NCBI GenBank assembly: GCA_002269645.1
Contig: NIVC01000364.1
Location: 587,471-651,470, forward strand
Reading direction: 5' to 3'
Length of the DNA: 64,000 nucleotides
Origin: Macrostomum lignano
Lineage: Eukaryota
The notes beneath the pieces were generated by a model, which did no database searches, had not been told where the DNA came from, and saw only the letters and a list, made by a program, of their open reading frames with translations. Below are positions 49,101 through 61,670 of the stretch, piece after piece; positions within the stretch are counted from its first letter, which is position 1; each line of letters starts with the position of its first letter. Position numbers and translations under genes: made by a program.

Positions 49101-50092
49101 CTAGTCTGAGCATATGGGAGAACTCTAGTTTGAGCATCTGGGAGAATTCTAGTCTGAGGATCTGGGAGAATTCTAGTCTGAGGATCTGGGAGAATTCTAG
49201 TTTGAGCATCTGGGAGAATTCTAGTCTGAGGATCTGGGAGAATTCTAGTCTGAGGATCTGGGAGAATTCTAGTCTGAGGATCTGGGAGAACTCTAGTCTG
49301 AGGATCTGGGAGAACTCTAGTCTGAGCATCTGGGAGAACTCTAGTCTGAGCATCTGGGAGAATTCTAGTCTGAGCATCTGGGAGAATTCTAGTCTGAGGA
49401 TCTGGGAGAATTCTAGTCTGAGGATCTGGGAGAATTCTAGTCTGAGGATCTGGGAGAATTCTAGTCTGAGGATCTGGGAGAATTCTAGTCTGAGCATCTG
49501 GGAGAATTCTAGTCTGAGGATCTGGGAGAATTCTAGTCTGAGGATCTGGGAGAATTCTAGTCTGAGGATCTGGGAGAACTCTAGTCTGAGGATCTGGGAG
49601 AATTCTAGTCTGAGGATCTGGGAGAATTCTAGTTTGAGGATCTGGAAGAATTCTAGTCTGAGCATCTGGGAGAACTCTAGTCTGAGGATCTGGGAGAATT
49701 CTAGTCTGAGGATCTGGGAGAATTCTAGTCTGAGGATCTGGGAGAATTCTAGTCTGAGGATCTGGGAGAATTCTAGTCTGAGCATCTGGGAGAATTCTAG
49801 TCTGAGGATCTGGGAGAATTCTAGTCTGAGGATCTGGGAGAATTCTAGTCTGAGGATCTGGGAGAACTCTAGTCTGAGGATCTGGGAGAATTCTAGTCTG
49901 AGGATCTGGGAGAATTCTAGTTTGAGGATCTAGAATTCTAGAGCATCTGGGAGAATTCTAGTTGAGCATCTGGGAGAATTCTAGTTGAGGATCTGGTAGA
50001 ATTCTAGTCTGAGCATCTGGGTGAACTCTAGATTGAGCATCTGGGAGAATTCTAGTCTGAGGATCTGGGAGAATTCTAGTCTGAGGATCTGG
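46148..50092. repeat. Large 24-bp satellite array CTAGTCTGAGGATCTGGGAGAATT, about 160 copies
   Basis: Exact 24-bp period; it produces the 1232-aa ILRLEFSQ ORF. Confidence 0.97.
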
Positions 50093-50754
50093 AAGGTCCA
50101 GGCCGACTTGCTAGCTTTAAGTATGGCTGGCTTCGGAAAACTTTGGGAAAATTTACTGCAGCATGGCCCTACAAATTCCGAGTCTATTTGAAGACACGCA
50201 TCACCTCCAATTTTTGAAATTCCGAAGCAATTAGCTTGCATTAGTTAGTCGTAAGCGATGCGCCCTCAATTCCACACAACTGCGGCTGTGTGGCAATGTC
50301 CCAGACATGATCTGTCTAAAATTAACAAGAGAGGTTGCGAAACCAAGTTTTGGTTGATTGCGCACACCCAGTGCAAATGAACCAAGACTCCTGTTAGCAC
50401 AAAGACTCAACAATCTCTATGAGCTCATATAGCTTCGATTCGGAGTTCATGCGAGTGAAAATCCAAACAAATTACGACGGACCACCGACCCTGGCAGTTT
50501 CGATTGTCAAACCTGTTTGCTCTTCGGGTCCGATACAAACAGAACGATATTGGCTAATAGAGTTGGTTATTAAATACTGTCTCAGGGCTGGCGGTAGCGA
50601 GCGATCAACCTGATCGTGTCACGTATGGATCACGGATCCCCGCTGCATTGATAGACGCTAGCGATCTATATTGGATTGTCGCATTATTTGAAAACATATT
50701 TTACTCACTATGGCTTGCAAACTGCAATAGTTAGCAATATTAAACTTTGCTTTT

Positions 50755-52150
50755 GGATCAGGAGTGATTATCATGGGGCGGATCAGGAGTGATTCTTGTG
50801 GGGTGGATCAGGAGTGACTCTCATGGGGTGGATCAGGAGTGATTGTCATGGGCGGATCAAGAGTGATTCTTGTGGGGCGGATCAGGAGTGATTCTTGTAG
50901 GGCTGATCAGGAGTGATTCTTGTGGGGCGGATCAGGAGTGATTCTTGTGGGGCGGATCAGGAGTGATTCTAGTGGGGCGGATCAGGAGTGATTCTTGTGG
51001 GGCGGATCAGGAGTGATTCTTGTGGGGCGGATCAGGAGTTATTCTAGTGGGGCGGATCAGGAGTGATTCTTGTGGGGCGGATCAGGAGTGATTCTAGTGG
51101 GGCGGATCAGGAGTTATTCTAGTGGGGCGGATCAGGAGTGATTCTTGTGGGGCGGATCAGGAGTGATTCTAGTGGGGCGGATCAGGAGTTATTCTAGTGG
51201 GGCGGATCAGGAGTGATTCTTGTGGGGCGGATCAGGAGTGATTCTAGTGGGGCGGATCAGGAGTTATTCTAGTGGGGCGGATCAGGAGTGATTCTTGTGG
51301 GGCGGATCAGGAGTGATTCTTGTGGGGCGGATCAGGAGTGATTCTTGTGGGGTGGATCAGGAGTGACTCTCATGTGGTGGATCAGGAGTGATTCTCATGT
51401 GGTGGATCAGGAGTGATTCTCATGGGGTGGATCAGGAGTGATTGTCATGGGGCGGATCAAGAGTGATTCTTGTGGGGCGGATCAGGAGTGATTTTTGTAG
51501 GGCTGATCAGGAGTGATTCTCATGTGGTGGATCAGGAGTGATTCTCATGGGGTGGATCAGGAGTGATTGTCATGGGCGGATCAGGAGTGATTCTTGTAGG
51601 GCTGATCAGGAGTGATTCTTGTGGGGCGGATCAGGAGTGATTCTTGTGGGGCGGATCAGGAGTGATTCTAGTGGGGCGGATCAGGAGTTATTCTAGTGGG
51701 GCGGATCAGGAGTGATTCTTGTGGGGCGGATCAGGAGTGATTCTAGTGGGGCGGATCAGGAGTTATTCTAGTGGGGCGGATCAGGAGTGATTATCATGGG
51801 GCAGATCAGGAGTGATTCTCATGGGCGGATCAGGAGTGATTCTTGTAGGGCGGATCAGGAGTGATTCTTGTAGGGCGGATCAGGAGTGATTCTTGTGGGG
51901 CGGATCAGGAGTGATTCTTGTAGGGCGGATCAGGAGTGACTCTCATGGGGCAGATCAGGAGTGATTCTCATGGGCGGATCAGGAGTGATTCTTGTAGGGC
52001 GGATCAGGAGTGATTCTTGTGGGGCGGATCAGGAGTGACTTTCATATGGTGGATCAGGATCAGTGACTTTTATATGGTGGATCAGGAGTGATTGTCATGG
52101 ACGGGGGCAGATCAGGTGTGATTCTTGTGGGGCGGATCAGGAGTGACTCT
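50755..52150. repeat. Minisatellite, 25-bp unit GGCGGATCAGGAGTGATTCTTGTGG
   Basis: Direct tandem repeat. Confidence 0.95.
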
Positions 52151-53025
52151 AAGGGGGCGAATGTAAAAGCAACTGGCTCCTGCATTCACTTATTTTCGAT
52201 TTAAATTGTATGCAGGAGAATATCCATAGATTCACTTGCAACAAGTCAGCTACTGAGATTTATAATTACAAAAGCACTTAACACTCGTAGACAGGGTGAA
52301 AGCCAAAGCTCAAGGCAAATTGAAACATGAAACTTTGCCCAGAGAGGAAATCCGGCTAGATCGAAGGTTTAAACTTGACTCCAACCTGAGCCAGGTGCGC
52401 AAGCCCAGTCCCCAGGACCAGCTACAGGCATTCTACACCGTGTATAGCTGTGTATAAGACAAGCAATATCTGAGCTATTAAAGTCTTGGCCACCTGCTCT
52501 CATCAGACAGTTGAATGTCTCGCGAGTATCGCGGGTTGCCACTCCGGCTCAGACAGCAGACAATACAAGCTATTAATGTGATCGCAATGAGTAGAGGAAG
52601 TCAAAGACCAAGTTAAAGCGCTTAAAGTCGATCGGGCGGAAAATCCTCTTCTCCGAAATCAGATATCGGACGGACAGACAGGCGGAGGATGAAAACAATG
52701 GCATTGCCGGGCCGTTCAGAAATGTTTTTTTTCGCGGCAAGAACAGAAACCGAAGGAATCCATTTATAGTCGCCTTGGCACTTAGACAGCGAGACCAGAT
52801 GTCACTGCGGACTTCCGATAAAAAAGGAGGCATTGGCAGATACCGTCTCATGACCGACTGACTGCTTTAACGGGCACCTTTTTTCGATTGAAGCATTGAT
52901 AAAAACTTTATTTTCAATCTGGTAGTTAAAAGCCAGTAGCCAGTGGCCAGAATTCTCGCGAATCGACCGTATAACGAGAGATGACATGAAGAGATGACCG
53001 CCTTAAAAATATGATCGAGCTGTGG

Positions 53026-53600
53026 TGACCGACTCAAATCTAGTGATGATGACCGACTCAAATGAGCATCCAGTGCTGATGACCGACTCAAATGAGCGTC
53101 CAGTGCTGATTACCGACTCAAATGAGCATCCAGTGCTGATGACCGACTCAAATGAGCGTCCAGTGATGATGACCGACTCAAATGAGCGTCCAGTGCTGAT
53201 GACCGACTCAAATGAGCGTCCAGTGATGATGACCGACTCAAATGAGCGTCCAGTGCTGATGACCGACTCAAATGAGCATCCAGTGCTGATGGCCGACTCA
53301 AATGAGCGTCCAGTGCTGATGACCGACTCAAATGAGCATCCAGTGCTGATGACCGACTCAAATGAGCATCCAGTGCTGATGACCGACTCAAATGAGCATC
53401 CAGTGCTGATGACCGACTCAAATGAGCATCCAGTGAAGATGACTGACTCAAATGAGCATCCAGTGCTGATGACCGACTCAAATGAGCATCCAGTGAAGAT
53501 GACAGACTCAAATGAGCATCCAGTGAAGATGACAGACTCAAATGGGCATCCAGTGATGATGACCGACTTAAGTGACCATGACGGACTCAAAATGACCAGC
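53026..53600. repeat. Minisatellite, 30-bp unit GATGACCGACTCAAATGAGCATCCAGTGCT, about 19 copies
   Basis: Direct tandem repeat. Confidence 0.95.
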
Positions 53601-54705
53601 GACCAGTGCTACTGTGCTAGTGATGACAAAGTCAAATATTTTTGGTGATATAAATAAATAAAAGCACAAGACAACAACCGTTATTTTGCTAGTATCTGAT
53701 TACACTGATTTGCAAGACAATTAAATATCTTAAAGAATAAGCTTAATCTGGTCTTTAAGTTGTTATTTAGACACTGGGGCTGACGAGACAGGGGTACTCG
53801 AAGAACAGTCTTCAATAACAACATTTATAAATGGCAAGTCCTATTAAATAAATAGACAAGCAAATTATTGCAGCTTCACATATAAGAAAGGTTGATTTTA
53901 TCCAGACCCCGTCATCAATATTTCTAGCGCCCCCAGCATTGGGACAACACCAACAAATGTAACAAAACTAAAAACACGGTCACGACACGTCTGTAGTTAA
54001 TTTATTAAGAAAATACGCGCAAACTTTTTTATAATCATCAAAATTTACATTCATATTAGACTACTCAAAACAAAACAGTTAGTAGCGAGGGAGGGACCTG
54101 CCAATTGGAAATATATACGCTCGGAAAAAACTCTGCGCTTATCAACTTTTTAAGCACACTTTGTTGCGAAAATTGTAGCATAGATTAATAAATAATAGAA
54201 GAAAAAAATTAATAAGGACAAGCGAACAGACACCAATTAAAATTTTATTGTCAAAAAAGCGATTATGCAATTTTTGAATGCATTAATCCAATCCAATACA
54301 TTTCTGACGAGGAACAAAACGAATAAAAGGGCTAATCAACAAATAAAACTTAGAACAGTTATATCATAGCTTGCATGCGAAATACAACTGGATAGAGCTG
54401 TGAAGATCGAATCGAATACCGAACAGGCAGTTCTGATGTAGCATTTAAATTTGCCAGAATTTTAACACGGTCAAATTTTGCTATAATTTGTCTGAACAAT
54501 CATATCAATGAATATTAATGAATTTTTGTAAATTACTAACTGGAATCAGTGCATACTGTTTTGCGTAATTAATGAGCAAGCAATTATTAAGGTGTTATAA
54601 AATTATCCACTGCCGAGAAAATACCAAGTAGCGTATTACGAGGAACTATTCAATTTTCCTTTACCTTGAATAGTTTAGCAATTCATTGTATCCACTTTAT
54701 AGTTT

Positions 54706-54982
54706 AATATAATTGACTACACCTGCTCTAACGGCCAGATGTGCAACCGACAGCTCAGCCGCATGCTGCGTACGGCTGTTCAGTCCAAGGACTGGGGGGG
54801 GGGTCACCACACACCCTCAATTACCCCAGCTAATGCTGGCACCCATTTTACAGCTGGGTGAACTGAAGCAATGCAGAGTTAAGTGTCTTTGCTCAAGGAC
54901 ACAAATCGTTCCGATTAGGATTGGGAGTCGAACCCCGACCTTCAAGTCGTGAGTCGTGGGAGTAACCACTAGGCTAAAACCC
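54706..54982 (-). mobile_element. tRNA-derived SINE with CORE-like central domain (apparently full length)
   Basis: A-box TAGCCTAGTGG (54976-54966) and B-box GGTTCGACTCC (54934-54924). These are followed by TGTGTCCTTGAGCAAAGACACTTAACTC...CTGTAAAATGGG, which resembles the MIR/CORE consensus from memory, and a 3' tail shared with the adjacent copy. Confidence 0.75.
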
Positions 54983-55028
54983 TTTAATATTAAAATAGAT
55001 TAGCAATTCGTTTTATTCCCTTTACTAC

Positions 55029-55195
55029 GGGACTGTAGCCTAGTCCCCCCTGCCCCAGTCCTTGGACTGAACAGCCGTACGCAGCCTTCAGATGCGCCGC
55101 GCAATAGCTGCGGCTGAGCTGTCGGTTGCACATCTGCCACTTGGGCAGGTGTAATCAATTATTGTTATTATTAATATTATTATTACTACTATTAT
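55029..55195 (+). mobile_element. Internally deleted copy of the same SINE (5' head fused to 3' tail, ATT-rich end)
   Basis: GGGACTGTAGCCTAGT head joined directly to CCCCAGTCCTTGGACTGAACAGCCGTACGCAGC...CAGGTGTAATCAATTA, the reverse complement of 54710-54800. Confidence 0.65.
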
Positions 55196-55522
55196 GTAAT
55201 ATTGAATATATTAGCAATCCATTCTAATAGCCAACAAAATTAAAACAAAAAAGAATCCGGATTTCAAGTTAAGCCTACCAAAGCACAGTACCGATAGCAG
55301 CAAAATTATTTTTAGTCCAGAAAAAACGGAAAAATTTTGCAAGATCGATATTTCAATCATTAGTTTAGTTTGGCGCCTATTGCAATACAGAGGAGTCAAG
55401 CCGATGGGGTGTTGGGTAGCCTAGGACAAGCTCTTAATAACCCGACTAGTGCAGCTGAGCCGCGCTTGCTAAAAAGTTACAAACGAGTGCTTATGGGCCT
55501 ATTGCCTGACTGTATTGGCTAG

Positions 55523-55657
55523 CTAGTTCCAAAAGTCGCCAGCAGCAAAAGCAGACTGCTGTTGAGCAGCGTATTGCTGCGGCTGCTGCTGCTGTTGCGG
55601 AAAGCCAGCAGAATTGGCGGCACCTTTGAAGTTTAATCCGGCCATCTGGCTCTGTAT
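55523..55657 (-). CDS. smap: SMAP-family ArfGAP, last coding exon
   Basis: Acceptor ttcccacAG at 55659-55658, phase 0. IQSQMAGLNF...GDFWN* parallels the SMAP C-terminus (QMTQQMAGMNF...MWK). Confidence 0.8.
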   Translation of the reverse strand: MQSQMAGLNFKGAANSAGFPQQQQQPQQYAAQQQSAFAAGDFWN

Positions 55658-56189
55658 CTGTGGGAATTGCCGCAAACGGTTAATATTACTAATACTATTA
55701 AAATTATTATTATTATACATTATTAGCTAAAGTTACTGAATTATTGTGGACATGGCGGGCCGCTGACAGAGCAAGTAAAAGGGCAAAGAAAGTTCAAATG
55801 AGCTTTGAAAATTTCATTGTTGAAAAAAGCAGTTGCAATGGCAGACACCCAAGCCGTGGAATGGGGCATTCGAAGTTAAAACCCAAATTTGAAGTCTCAA
55901 GGCCACAGAGAACTTCATTTATAGTATATACCATAGAAATGGATCTTATACTTAAGTATTGCGATTAAATATATTTTTTCGTCTATGTCCATAGACTACT
56001 GACGATTAGTTTTCAGTAGTGCAAGCGAACATTTTTTGTCCCCGAGTCATTATTGGGTGTCATTTTCTATGCATTGTCTGAATGGGGAGTGGCCTATCTA
56101 GTGTATATAAGATCTATAATCTATCCTACAATAAAGTGCTAAAAATTAGTATAGAGGAAACCAAATAAAAAATATTAAGCAACACTTAC

Positions 56190-57539
56190 TTGTAGCAAAT
56201 AAGCAGACTGATTATTGACATAGCCTGGTGGCTGAAATCCATAGTGCTGCTGCTGCTGCTGCTGTTGCTGAGAAGACGGTGTCGGCACGCCGCCAAATTG
56301 CGGCGGACCAAACTGCCCACCTGTTGAGTAGAGAGCGCCAGCAGTTTGACTGTACAGAGCCGAGAACTGCTGCTGCTGCTGCTGTTGAGGTTGATGTTGC
56401 TGCTGCAGAAATGGATATTGTTGCTGCTGCGAAAATGAATATTGCTGTTGCTGCTCCGGCATAGGCTGGTAGCCAGTTGAATTGGCTACAGAAGCTAGTT
56501 GAGGAGTACTCATCGAGTATTGCATCCCGCCAAAGTGTTGCTGCTGCTGATTGTGAGCTAGAAATCCGCCGCCTCCACTAGAAGCAGCAGCAGCAGCAGC
56601 GGTATTCTGCTGACCATACAAAGCCATGATAGAATCTTTCATAGATTTCTTTGGAGCAGCGGCGGTGTTCGCAGAATTAGAAGAATCGCTGGCAAACAGG
56701 TCGGCAGCAGTGGCGGTCGTGGCGCTGCCCTCGCTTAAGAATGCCAAATCGTTGGCGTGCGAGCTGGCGACTCCGCCACCGCCACCGCCGCCGCCGCCGC
56801 TAGAGAAGTCGCCAAATCCGTCATCGGCCAGACCGCCAAGCAGATCTGGCGGCGGCTGCTGCGGCACTGCTGAAGGAGGTGCCGGCTGCTGTGGCTGCTG
56901 CGGGGGCGGTTGCTCAGGCTTTGATTGAGACGCAGCCTGCGGCGGAGGCTTCACTGCCGCGGTGGTGTTGCCAGCAGAGCGCCTGGCTGGCGCGGGCGCG
57001 GGCGCCGGCAGCTTCGGCGACACGCCGTCAGCGGCGGCAGAGTTAGCAGCGGCGGCAGCTCGTCGCTGAGCAGTGTTGGTCTTGAGCAGATCGTACACAG
57101 CAGCTGGATCGGGTTTAGGCAGCACCCAGTCCCTGGCTAAGTAGCGCTTCTCCTCATACTTAGCCTTGATGAACTGCTCAAGCGTGGCGTCCGTCTGCGG
57201 CCGACGGAATCCATCCGGCACGTTGGCCTCGTAGGCGGCTCTGGCTAGCGAGTTACCAATAGCGGCCACCCCAGCCACCTGTTCGGCTGTCCAGGAGTCC
57301 AAGTTGACAGATTTCACTCGCGAGATGTGCACGCCCAGCTTCCTGTGGATGCCGGCGCATCTGATGCAGAGGAATACGCCAATGTTCCAGCTGGCCCAGC
57401 GGGGACTTTTAGCATCGCAGTCAGCGCAGTACTTATTGTCCTCGTCTCTTAGCAGCATGCCCAGCACGTCCTGGAGTAGGTCCTTCTCGCTCTTTGCAGC
57501 TGCCAGCTTGCCAGAGCGGTGTCCAGTGCTGGATGACAT
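56190..57539 (-). CDS. smap: Stromal membrane-associated protein (SMAP1/2-like ArfGAP), exon 1
   Basis: ArfGAP zinc finger CADC-x16-[32 protein letters not shown] and [14 protein letters not shown]. Later [13 protein letters not shown] motif typical of SMAP. Donor CAA|GTAAGT at 56189. Spliced protein is 494 aa. Confidence 0.93.
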
Positions 57540-58005
57540 AGCAAGGTCAGTAGGATTGTCTGCTTCAGCTATTAATGGGGTGACGCTACTCTAGGGGCTG
57601 GACTGCAGGTTCTAAAATAGAAAATTGGTATAGTCCATTTAACAATAAACGACTATAATAAGATAAATATTCTCTATTTAATTCTAGAGAATATTTATTA
57701 TATTAAATAGCTTTCTAGGCTATAAGCAAAGTTGTTCATAAAAAAGGGATAACATTGGCCATAGACAAAATGATAAATACCTTTTTCTACTTTGGTTAAA
57801 AGAATTATAAAGGGAGCTAAGAAAATTTATTACTTCTATCAACCTTACTATCCTTCTTTGCTAAATATTATTTGTAACCTATCAAAACATTAGAATATAC
57901 AAGTAAAAATTTATTATTTCTATATTAATTAATTTAAAAAAAATATTACTAGGCCTATATTATCTTACACTTGATGCATTTCAATCAACTCAGATTATTA
58001 TCAAG

Positions 58006-58194
58006 CAGGTGCAGATCCAGGAATTTCTTGAGGGAGAGGCAACTTTTTTCATACTGCCCGAGTAGGAACCTACCCAAGGCCTAAGCCCTTTCTTTATTTA
58101 GAAGGGGGCCAAAGGCCAAAAGCAGAATTTTTTTTGAGGCAGCTGAGGGGGGGGGGCCATGGCCCCCTTGCCCCCCTCCCAGGATCTGCCACTG
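58006..58194. mobile_element. hAT-like MITE (189 bp) with 8-bp target-site duplication TTATCAAG
   Basis: Imperfect terminal inverted repeats CAGGTGCAGATCCAGG / CCAGGATCTGCCACTG. TTATCAAG at 57998-58005 and 58195-58202. Confidence 0.8.
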
Positions 58195-60221
58195 TTATCA
58201 AGCAATATAAACTTAAAGTCGCTTTTATTAGAAACACAGGTTATAAACAACGTGGATTATGTAAAAAGTGAATTAAAAAATTTGTAGGCCCCCTACTCAA
58301 AGTTTTTAAGTATATTAGATCAAGATAAATTGAGCAAACAAGTGTTAGCAAAGTAAACAAAGTAAACAAAACAGAGTGCAAAAAGTATATGTGCACTTCT
58401 TTTCTAAAAGACTCAGAGTAAATGGCCTACACCACCATGCACCAGCTAAGTATTTTATATTCAAATCAATATAGGCCTATTCAATTCAAATATAAATTAT
58501 AAGCCCCCTACCAATGACAAAGTTATCAAATCAAACTAAATATAGTAACTAACAATAGTATTAGGCCTAATGTATAATGTTGTATGTTGTATTTATTAAT
58601 TTTTAAATATAACTAGGGCATGAGATATTTAGACAATCTATTTGTCTTGTCTTAGTCTGGGTTTTATGCCTACTAATTTGCTTTGTTAATGCTCATTGTG
58701 CTGGCACAGTGATAGTAACAAAAGAAATAATTTTGTATTAATTAACAACTCTTCAAAAGAGCACAAATAAAGGCTCTCCTGATCCTAGAGCAAGCAAAAG
58801 TCAACTAAAAATGTAAGAATAACTTAATAAGATATGTCGTCATAACTGACTAAAGTCCCTAGGCCGCCTAGCTCTAGGGCCTCGGCTTAAATAGTGATGA
58901 CACTAAATCTGCAAAACAAAAATCATTAGATTTTTTATTTTTTTCACGTTTGAGTCACCAGTCACACAATCATTATTAATATTGGTAAATGAGAAATGTG
59001 ATATATTTTTGTGATGATTTCGTGATACTCTCATTTCTATAGATTTCAAGGACTACTTAAGTCATCCTTGATAAATAAATTTCTTTCGGGCTGCTTTACA
59101 CTTTTTTAAACAAAACATGTTAAACGAATTGCAAAATTAGACTTAAAAGTAAATTCAGCTATTCCTTACGCTTATTTATCACTTTTAAATTTAAAAAGCT
59201 TCACTACCTTTGATAAAACATTGTTTACAGAAAGTATCAATGTTGCTTTTAATTTATTATTGATTTTATAATAATTCCAGTGACTATTCAATATTCGAGA
59301 TTTTGTTGTGATCTGTTTGATCAAAAACACATAGTACATGCATGAGTGTTAAGACAGCGAAAGGTGCTTTTTTGTAGTAAATCAGCTGCAATAATAGCAA
59401 TGAAGCTTACGTTAGCTAAATCTTGTTTGCATGGATTCCTGCCTCCTGCGCAGCGCACTATACGGCACTAGCATTATATATTTCAATGTTATAAATAATT
59501 TTCACCAAACAATTAGTTAATTATTTTTGAGCTTTAGAATAAATCATGTATCTTATTTCAAATTCTTATCTTAATGGATATTAGAGGTAGGTAGAAAGCT
59601 TAGAATTTTAGCAAAATTTTCTTTTTAGTCACACAGTTATGTAGTCAAGTTAAGCAGTGTGCTTATGTGCCTTTAGTTTGTTAATTTGTCAGTAGCTAGA
59701 TGCACGTTTTAAGGACCGTTTCTTTCTATACAGTCACAGAAATAGAAAAATGAGTATTAAATGAATAAATCGCTTTACTTTTTGATTTATCATATTGGCC
59801 TACCTATCATAAACCACTTGCTTTATGAATTTTAAATGATGCCTTTCTGGTATATCTAAATTGTTAAATGTTCTAAACACATAAAATATACTTCTCCACG
59901 AAATTAATTTTGAACCTAATTTTAACTTCAATATCATGGCCCAGTTGTTCCATTTTTTCTCTAGACTTTCTCTACTTTTCTACAACTTATAAACAAAGTT
60001 TACTTAAGAGTAAAAATAAGTTGTGCTTGTTTAATAACTCTTGATAAATATTTCCCTATTTTCTATATCTTTTTGAAGTCGAAGACCTACTTTATCAATA
60101 ATTGTTTTCAATAATAAATAAACATTCTAGTTTTTTACTGTAAGTAATCCAAACATTTTTTCTTTCCAGTCGCCATAGTTTCAAGGCTTCAACAACCAAA
60201 ATTATCATTCAAGGCTTGGCA

Positions 60222-60584
60222 ATGTCTGGTGAAAACAAAGACAATGGTGACCCCTACTACTGCTCGGAGCAGATTCAGATCCCGCCCCCATTGCCAGACA
60301 TCCTGAAGCAATTCACCAAATCTGCAATCCGCACCCAGCCGCCAGATGTGCTGGCTTGGGCAGCCGCTTACTTCCGTGCCATGGCCGACGGTGAAACTCC
60401 GCCAGTGAAGGAGCGCCTTGAGATGGCAACCGCAACGCAGAAGACGGACACCGGTCTCACTCCCGGTCTGCTCCGAGTGCTCAACAAGCAGCTGGGCCCA
60501 AAGAAGCAAGTTGAAGTAAGCGACATCACAGAAAAATGGAAGGCGCTAAATCTGCCGGAAGAGCGTCTGCAGGAACTGTTCCAG
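60222..60584 (+). CDS. ropn1l: Ropporin-1-like protein (RIIa-type docking domain), coding exon 1
   Basis: QIQIPPPLPDILKQFTKSAIRTQPPDVLAWAAAYF and PVKERLEMATATQKTDTGLT match the ROPN1/ROPN1L family. Phase-0 donor CAG|GTGAAT at 60585. Confidence 0.92.
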
Positions 60585-60782
60585 GTGAATACTGAATGCC
60601 ATTCAGGGTGCAATCAGCGTATTTTTGTGATATTCGTTTTAGATAGCGAATCCTTTATTAAAATACAGTATGCATACATTGTACCACCAGGAATGTGCTC
60701 TTAGCGGCTCGATAGTTCTAGCACAGTCCGCTCCGTTCAGCGGGTCAAAAATATTTTTATGACAGGCTGTTTTTTAGAGGAA

Positions 60783-61670
60783 CTTGGCTCACCTAGCACC
60801 TGACTTGGTTACCCTAGCACCTGACAATTGGCTCACCTAGCACCTGACTTGGTTACCCTAGCACCTGACAATTGGCTCCCCTAGCACCTGACTTGGTTAC
60901 CCTAGCACCTGACTTGGCTCCCCTAGCACCTGACTTGGTTACCCCAGCACCTGACTTGGCTCCCCTAGCACCTGACTTGGTTACCCCAGCACCTGACTTG
61001 GCTCCCCTAGCACCTGACTTGGTTACCCTAGCACCTGACAATTGGCTCCCCTAGCACCTGACTTGGTTACCCCAGCACCTGACTTGGCTCCCCTAGCACC
61101 TGACTTGGTTACCCCAGCACCTGACTTGGTTACCCCAGCACCTGACTTGGCTCCCTAGCACCTGACTTGGTTACCCTAGCACCTGACAATTGGCTCCCCT
61201 AGCACCTGACAATTGGCTCCCCTAGCACCTGACAATTGGCTTCCCTAGCACCTGACAATTGGCTCCCCTAGCTCCTGACAATTGGCTCCCCTAGCTCCTG
61301 ACGATTGGCTCCCCTAGCACCTGACAATTGGCTCCCCTAGCTCCTGACAATTGGCTCCCCTAGCTCCTGACAATTGGCTCCCCTAGCACCTGACAATTGG
61401 CTCCCCTAGCACCTGACAATTGGCTCCCCTAGCACCTGACAATTGGCTCCCCTAGCTCCTGACAATTGGCTCCCCTAGCACCTGACAATTGGCTCCCCTA
61501 GCACCTGACAATTGGCTCCCCTAGCTCCTGACGATTGGCTCCCCTAGCTCCTGACAATTGGCTCCCCTAGCTCCTGACAATTGGCTCCCCTAGCTCCTGA
61601 CGATTGGCTCCCCTAGCTCCTGACAATTGGCTCCCCTAGCACCTGACAATTGGCTCCCCTAGCACCCGGC
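60783..61670. repeat. Minisatellite, 21-23-bp unit GGCTCCCCTAGCACCTGAC(AA)TT, in the ROPN1L intron
   Basis: Direct tandem repeat. Confidence 0.95.

Noticed and set aside
46087-49933. 1232-aa, 432-aa and 587-aa octapeptide-repeat ORFs
   Set aside because: Products of a 24-bp satellite open on both strands, with no unique coding flanks or splice support.
53003-53648. MTDSNEHPVL decapeptide-repeat ORF (208 aa)
   Set aside because: A 30-bp minisatellite open in several frames, with no non-repeat domain.
54924-54976. Possible tRNA gene
   Set aside because: It has A and B boxes but runs into a CORE-like domain and SINE tail rather than closing a cloverleaf acceptor stem.
55658-55720. MYNNNN start of the 65-aa ORF at 55523-55720
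   Set aside because: AT-rich intron sequence; the coding part begins at the acceptor at 55657 as the last SMAP exon.
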